DNA of 64,000 nt from Chiloscyllium plagiosum (Eukaryota), in NCBI RefSeq assembly GCF_004010195.1, contig NC_057720.1:27094611-27158610 (forward strand), written 5' to 3'. This document shows, one piece after another, positions 57,780 through 64,000 of this stretch. The notes under the pieces were generated by a model. It did not search any database. It saw only the letters and a program-made list of their open reading frames with translations, and had not been told where the DNA came from. The number at the start of each line of letters is the position of its first letter. Within the stretch, counting starts at the first letter, position 1. The translations under genes were made by a program, and so were the position numbers.

Positions 57780-58514
57780 GAGTCAAGATTAGAGTGGTGT
57801 TGGAAAAGCACAGCAGGTCAGGCAACATCGGAGGAGCACGAAAATCAATGTTTCGGGCAGAAGCCCTTCATCAGGAATGAGGCAGGGAGCCTCTGGGATG
57901 GAGAGATAAGTAGGAGGGGGTGGGGCTGGGAAGAAGGTAGCAAAGAGAGCAACAAGTGAATGGAGGTGGGGATAAAGGTGATAGGTCGGAGAGGAGGATG
58001 GAGCGGATAGGTGGGAAGGAAGATTGACAGGTAGGACAGGTCATGAGGATGGTGCTGACCTGGAAGGTTGGAACTGGGGCAAAGTGGGAGCGGGGAAATG
58101 AGGAAACTGGTGAAGTCCACATTGATGCCCTGGGGTTGAAATGTTCCGAGGCGGAAGATGAGGCATTCTTCCTCCAGGCGTCTGGTAGTGAGGGAGGAAA
58201 CCCAGGACCTGCATGTCCTCAGCAGATTGAGAGGGGGAGTTGAAATGTTTGGCCACAGAGTGGTGGGGTTGATTGGTGCGGGTGTCCCGGAGATGTTCCC
58301 TACAGTGCTCTGCGAGAAGATGTACAGTCTCCCCAGTGTAGAGGAGACCGCATCAGGAGCAACAGATACAATAAATGATATTGGTCGATGTGCAGGTGAA
58401 ACTTTGATGGATGTGGAAGGCTCCTTTCGGGCCTTGGATGGAGGTGAGGGGGGAGGTGTGGGTGCAGGTTTTGCAATTCCTGCGGTGGCAGGGGAAAGTG
58501 CCAGGAGGGGTGGG
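57780..58514 (-). mobile_element. Second Penelope-like element (GIY-YIG) nested in the CR1, running into gap
   Basis: GTFPCHRRNCKTC..FTCTSTNIIYCICCS; TRRLEEECLIFRLGTFQPQGINVDF. Hammerhead-like CTGATGA-A-GGGCttctGCCC-GAAA at ~57851-57874. Confidence 0.92.
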
Positions 58515-59124
58515 NNNNNNNNNNNNNNNNNNNNNNNNNNNNNNNNNNNNNNNNNNNNNNNNNNNNNNNNNNNNNNNNNNNNNNNNNNNNNNNNNNNNNN
58601 NNNNNNNNNNNNNNNNNNNNNNNNNNNNNNNNNNNNNNNNNNNNNNNNNNNNNNNNNNNNNNNNNNNNNNNNNNNNNNNNNNNNNNNNNNNNNNNNNNNN
58701 NNNNNNNNNNNNNNNNNNNNNNNNNNNNNNNNNNNNNNNNNNNNNNNNNNNNNNNNNNNNNNNNNNNNNNNNNNNNNNNNNNNNNNNNNNNNNNNNNNNN
58801 NNNNNNNNNNNNNNNNNNNNNNNNNNNNNNNNNNNNNNNNNNNNNNNNNNNNNNNNNNNNNNNNNNNNNNNNNNNNNNNNNNNNNNNNNNNNNNNNNNNN
58901 NNNNNNNNNNNNNNNNNNNNNNNNNNNNNNNNNNNNNNNNNNNNNNNNNNNNNNNNNNNNNNNNNNNNNNNNNNNNNNNNNNNNNNNNNNNNNNNNNNNN
59001 NNNNNNNNNNNNNNNNNNNNNNNNNNNNNNNNNNNNNNNNNNNNNNNNNNNNNNNNNNNNNNNNNNNNNNNNNNNNNNNNNNNNNNNNNNNNNNNNNNNN
59101 NNNNNNNNNNNNNNNNNNNNNNNN
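58515..59124. other. Assembly gap
   Basis: N run. Confidence 1.
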
Positions 59125-61124
59125 GAAAAGTAGAGGACCCAGCACCAATCCTCGTGGCACTCCATTGGTCACAGGCCTCCAGTCTGAAAAACAACCCTCC
59201 ACCACCACCCTCTGTCTTCTACCTTTGAGCCAGTTCTGTATCCGAATGGCTAGTTCTCCCTGTATTCCATGAGACCTAACCTTGCTAATTAGTCTCCCAT
59301 GGAGAACCTTGTTGAATGCCTTACTGAAGTCCATATAGATCACATTCACCACTCTGCCCTCATAAATCCTTTTTGTTCCTTCTTCAAAAAACTCAATCAA
59401 ATTTGTGAGACATGATTTCCCAGGCACAAAGCCATGTTGACTATCCCTAATCAATCCTTGCCTTTCTAAATACATGTACATCCTGTCCCTCAGGATTCCC
59501 TCCAACAACTTGCCCACCACCAACGTCAGGCTCACCCGTCTGTAGTTCCCTGGCTTGTCCTTACCACCATTCTTAAACAGTGGCACCACAGTGGCCAACC
59601 TCCAGTCTTCCGGCACCTCACCTGTGACTATCAGTGATACAAATACCTCAGCAAGGTGCCCAGTAATCACTTCTCTAACTTCCCACAGAATTCTAGGGTA
59701 CACCTGATTAGGTCCTGTGGATTTATCCACTTTTAAGCATTTCAAGACATCCAGCACTTTCTTCCTCTGTAATATGGACATTTTTCAAGATGTCACCATC
59801 TGTTTCCTTACATTTTATACCCTCCATGTTCTTTCCCACAGTAAACACTGAGGCATGTTGAAGATCTTAACATGCACACATCAAGATATGGACTTATCTA
59901 AGGAATTTGAACTAGCCCAAATACTCTTATATTTAATATTCATTTGCAATTGTCAGTAATTAATGCTTCATCCAACTTTTCAAGCAACAGACTCCAAACT
60001 AGTAAGCTAATAAAATTGCAGATGCGTACAATATAAGGGATCTGTGTTTGCATAATTCTGCTAGAGTGTTCCAAACTAATCCCATTGACCAGTTTCTACT
60101 AGTTAGACAAGTTTTCCAAAAGGACATTGTTTCTGCCTTCATTACTCCATCCAACAAAACAATGGTTCCAATAATTCTATTTAAGAGATTTATTCTAATC
60201 TCTCTTCTTGCCCATGTAACTAATAATTCGCCAACCAAAGGAAAAGGTCCCCCACAATTTATTTTGTATTCATAATGTTGAAAACCTCAATTAACTATCC
60301 TCTTAGTTTCCTTTGCTCCAGTAAAAATAATACCAGTGTCTTAAATCTTCTGTTTCTATCATGTTGGTGAACCATCATTGTATCTGCCATCACTCAGATT
60401 TTGCCACAAATTGAAGTCAGGAGCACAGTGAAGTGCCAAATGCCTTTGATGTTGCTGGCACAAATCCTAAACGATTACAAGATTGATGTAATTCTCACCC
60501 ACATGTGTCAGCACATGAACTGTTTGCCTATTTACACTTTATAATTAATCAAATGGAGAGTGGAGAAGGGGTGTGGTCACAATCTGTTTAAGGCAGAAAT
60601 ACATCTCCTGAACTGAGCTTACAATGTCTGATCTCAGATTTTTGTGGCAACACTATGATCTCAATTCCATCGATAGAACTGAGTGTTTCTCATGTTTCCT
60701 CAGGATCATGGTGAAGAAGTTTAGGCTAGCTGGGGGATGCACTGATCCTCATCACCCTCATGTGACAGCAATAAATCAAATCAAAAGGGAGAATATAAAT
60801 AGACCTGTACATTACTGTCTGAGAAAATCAGTACCATCAACACAATCACTGTTACGTAAGAAGAGGTTCAATAACCTTATAACAGTTCTTCATCTCTACA
60901 CATTCCCAAAAATATCTACACTACACCACTCCTGCCCCAAAACTCTCAACTCTTCCCTCTCCTCCATCACATTTTCCAAGATACCATCACAAAGACATAT
61001 TGTAGTACCTCTCTTTCTGCAACTTAAATATAAACACTTCATAAAAGGAAATTTATCACACAATAGGAGGCCATTTGGACTATCATGTCTGCAACGACCA
61101 CCAAGTTGCCATCTTGTTGCCATC

Positions 61125-62058
61125 TTGCTGATGATACTAAGCTGGGTGGCAGGGTGAAATGTGAGGAAGATGTTAGGAGATTACAGGGTGACCTGGACAG
61201 GTTAGGTGAGTGGTCAGATGCATGGCAGATGCAGTTTAATGTGGATAAATGTATGGTTCTCCATTTTAATGGCAAGAACAGGAAGGCAGATTACTACCTA
61301 AATGGAATCAATTTAGGTAAAGGGGCAGTACAAAGAGATCTGGGTGTTCTTGTACACCAGTCAATGAAGGCAAGCATGTAGGTACAGCAGGTAATGAAGA
61401 AAGCTAATAGCATGCTGGCCTTCATAACAAGAGGGATTGAGTATAGAAGCAAAGAGGTTCTTCTGCAGCTGTACAGGGCCCTGGTGAGACCACACCTGGA
61501 GTATTGTGTGCAGTTCTGGTCTCCAAGTTTGAGGAAAGACATTCTGGCTATTGAGGGAGTGCAGCGTAGATTCACAAGGTCAATTCCTGGAATTGCGGGA
61601 CTACCTTACGCTGAAAGACTGAAGCGACTGGGCTTGTATACCCTTGAGTTTAGAAGACTGAGAGGGAATCTGATTAAGACATTTAAGATTATTAAAGGAT
61701 TGGATACTCTGGAGGCAGGAAATATGTTTCCGCTGATGGGTGAGTGCCGAACCAGAGGACACAGCTTAAAAATACTGGATAGACCATTTAGGACAGAGAT
61801 GAGGAGAAACCTCTTCGCCCAGAGAGTGGTGGCTGTGTGGAATGCTCTGCCCCAGAGGGCAGTGGAGGCCCAGTCTCTGGATTCATTTAAGAAAGAGTTG
61901 GATAGAGCTCTCTAGGATAGTCGAATCAAGGGTTATGGGGATAAGGCAGGAACTGGATACTGATTGAGGATGATCAGCCATGATTATATTGAATGGTGGT
62001 GCAGGCTCAAAGGGCAGAATGGCCTACTTCTGCACCTATTGTCTATTGTCTATTGTCC
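61125..62058 (+). mobile_element. CR1 LINE, RT C-terminus + 3' UTR
   Basis: ADDTKLGG..LQGDLDRLGEWSDAWQMQFNVDKC; LQLYRALVRPHLEYCVQFWSP..WNALPQRAVEA; tail (ctattgt)n. Confidence 0.96.
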
Positions 62059-63914
62059 AGTTCCTTTTTTCAGTTCCTGGTCCATTGTCATTCATTTCAA
62101 GAGCAGATCCAAATACTTTGAATTTATGGGCATTTCTGCCTGCAGCGTGTTTTTGGGATGAGTTCTAAAACTTCACCACACACCGGGTGAAAAATGTTTC
62201 CCCCCAATCCCCACTAAATCTCCTATCGCTTAACCTAAGCATTTGCCCTTGTTTCAGTACTTGACGTGTCCATTTATATTTTCCTGCAGTCTTCAGTTTT
62301 CTTCTTCATTATCAACTATACATCCTAGTTTTATATTGCCTTCATATATTTCACATTTGAGTTGAAGTTACTGACATATACCACAAAAAGCAAGTGATGT
62401 AGCATGAGCCTTGCAGAACCCCACTGGAAGCTGTTTTACAATCACAAAACACCCACTAACCTTTTCTTTTGTTGTCTTTGAAAGAAATATTAACATCCTT
62501 TGCTTAAAACGTAGCACATGCAGAACAGGCAACTTTTTGGGATTCCTTCCTTACTTCAAATTTCACACATTTGGTTTTACAAACACCACCTCCCCATCTT
62601 GATCTTTATATAAACATCTTGATCTTTATATTTATCCAGTTATCATCGTGTATTATTATATGCAGGGGGTTAATTGTATTCAGATGGTGAGTATAATTTG
62701 GTTTTTCCTGAGCCTGGGGAAGTTTGTGGGTTGGATGTGTACAATATCCAGTGCTCATCTGTAAATAAAAGATTGTAAGTGTACGAAAACTTTCTCCAGT
62801 GTTTTATCTTGCACAGCCTGGCTCTCTAATTCTTAAACTGATTCTAAGTAGGCTTTTCTCCATCTGTCAGCACATGCACTATGTACACAAGGCTTATACA
62901 TTTCCACTTAGCATTTCAAGACCCACTCTGTAACTCCCTTTCAACAGGAAATAACAATGCGTACTGCCAGACAAGACAAGGAGATGAGAACTTGATATCA
63001 TAACCATCATCCAAATGGAACAGAGAAACCTGCATGATATTTTCTCTTTTCCCAGCCTGACTTGGCTCAGAAGATGACAACTCCATGAGAATTATTTTCA
63101 AACTCCACCACGGAACGTGGCAGTGACTGTTGGGTAAATGCGGAGGGAAGTAAATCTCCACATGGTTAAATATCCTGTGGGAGTGAGGGGAAACTCATAT
63201 GGCAGCGGACAGGAGGTAAAGGTCCACTCTTACTTCTGCTGAGATAGACCAGAATGGAGAAGAGAACATGAGAGGCCTATATTTGGAACAAAGCTGTTTG
63301 CCTTCAACAACCAGATGTACCTCATATTGTTAGGCTGTCAAGGTGTTTCAACAACATAACTGGAAGTGTGAAGCAGTCTGCAAGCAGCCTTTGGGGTATT
63401 CTGCAATCCCCCTTGCAGACTGTGGGCAGCCTCAGAATTACAGGGCAGCCAATTCCTCACAAATTGCACTTGTGGCCATCTTGGATAGATTGATGAAGAA
63501 AATTATAGGGATTTCAGGAAGAGAGATCTCCCATGGTGCATTGTATAGTGGGATATTAATTGCATTAATTGGACATTCACTTGTATTCACACGTATTTCA
63601 TTTTCTGTGATGATCCATAGTCCCATGTGAGTAGCAATATCATTTTCCGAGCAGCGTGTGTTGCCCTGACTCAGAATGTCAGCACATCTTCTCCTTCACA
63701 GTTATCAACTAATAGCTGCCAAAAGGCAGGAGGCAAGTTAGATGAGACTGGATGTCAACAACCAAGATGCTGCAGTCTATAGCCAAGTCGTTACAGGCTG
63801 AAGTACCTAATTGTCTCTCCTCTTAAATACTTCAGGATTCAAGCTTGAGATTCTTTTTTACCTCAGCTCAAACTATCAATTTCCAAGAGAGCTCAACTGG
63901 CATTGGAAGAAAGC

Positions 63915-64000
63915 TTGAACATATTCTACCTTACATAAACTTGAGGTCATCCAAAATTCAGCTGCCTGTGTCCTAACTCACAAAAAGTCACATTCTCTTA
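63915..64000 (+). mobile_element. L2 LINE ORF2 C-terminal relic
   Basis: STLHKLEVIQNSAACVLTHKK resembles L2 LQ.IQNAAAR.LT. Confidence 0.6.

Larger units (their letters stand above)
56069..59835 (-). mobile_element. CR1 LINE (RT to 3' tail) carrying two nested Penelope-like elements and a gap
   Basis: Colinear CR1 pieces 56069-56383, 57391-57778 and 59125-59835 (KSTGPNQVYPRIL..DSQHGF..YMDFSKAF..GVPRGLVLGPLLF). Continuity across the gap is inferred. Confidence 0.9.

Noticed and set aside
60624..61157. 177-aa ORF as a host gene
   Set aside because: No recognisable domain; RKKRFNNL hints only weakly at another decayed Myb relic, and the ORF runs into CR1 sequence.
63250..63660. Possible Harbinger transposase relic (also Myb-like traces at 49300-49520)
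   Set aside because: Only faint resemblance to DCTHVAI-type motifs; too decayed to support without a profile search.
1..64000. CRISPR arrays, rRNA, bona fide tRNA genes, endogenous viral genes
   Set aside because: No repeat-spacer arrays or rRNA-like sequence; tRNA-like boxes belong to SINE heads; no ORF resembled a non-retroelement viral protein.

Overview
Vertebrate genomic DNA, almost certainly a shark/elasmobranch (HE1-like tRNA SINEs with HER1/CR1-type tails), with four N gaps. I found no recognisable host protein-coding exon, so the window looks intergenic or deep-intronic. It is a layered set of transposon relics: many CR1 LINEs (some young, with open ORF2 segments), Penelope-like elements (PLEs; GIY-YIG endonuclease) and short PLE-terminal derivatives, three Gypsy LTR relics, a decayed Ty1/Copia RT-RNaseH, an RTE LINE, an L1/Tx1 3' end, L2-type relics, several SINE families and PIF/Harbinger Myb/SANT relics. 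Most notable: (1) minimal type-I hammerhead ribozyme motifs in at least two PLE families, with covarying stem II and a palindromic, loopless stem III (implying dimeric cleavage); (2) short TSD-flanked and fold-back PLE inserts whose ends cluster at the ribozyme; (3) three independent local templated duplications (two inverted, one direct) plus a tandem duplication; (4) a Copia relic, uncommon in vertebrates; (5) a LINE sharing both its tRNA-like head and its tail with a local SINE. All family calls come from motif recognition by eye, with no database search. Boundaries of old elements are approximate.
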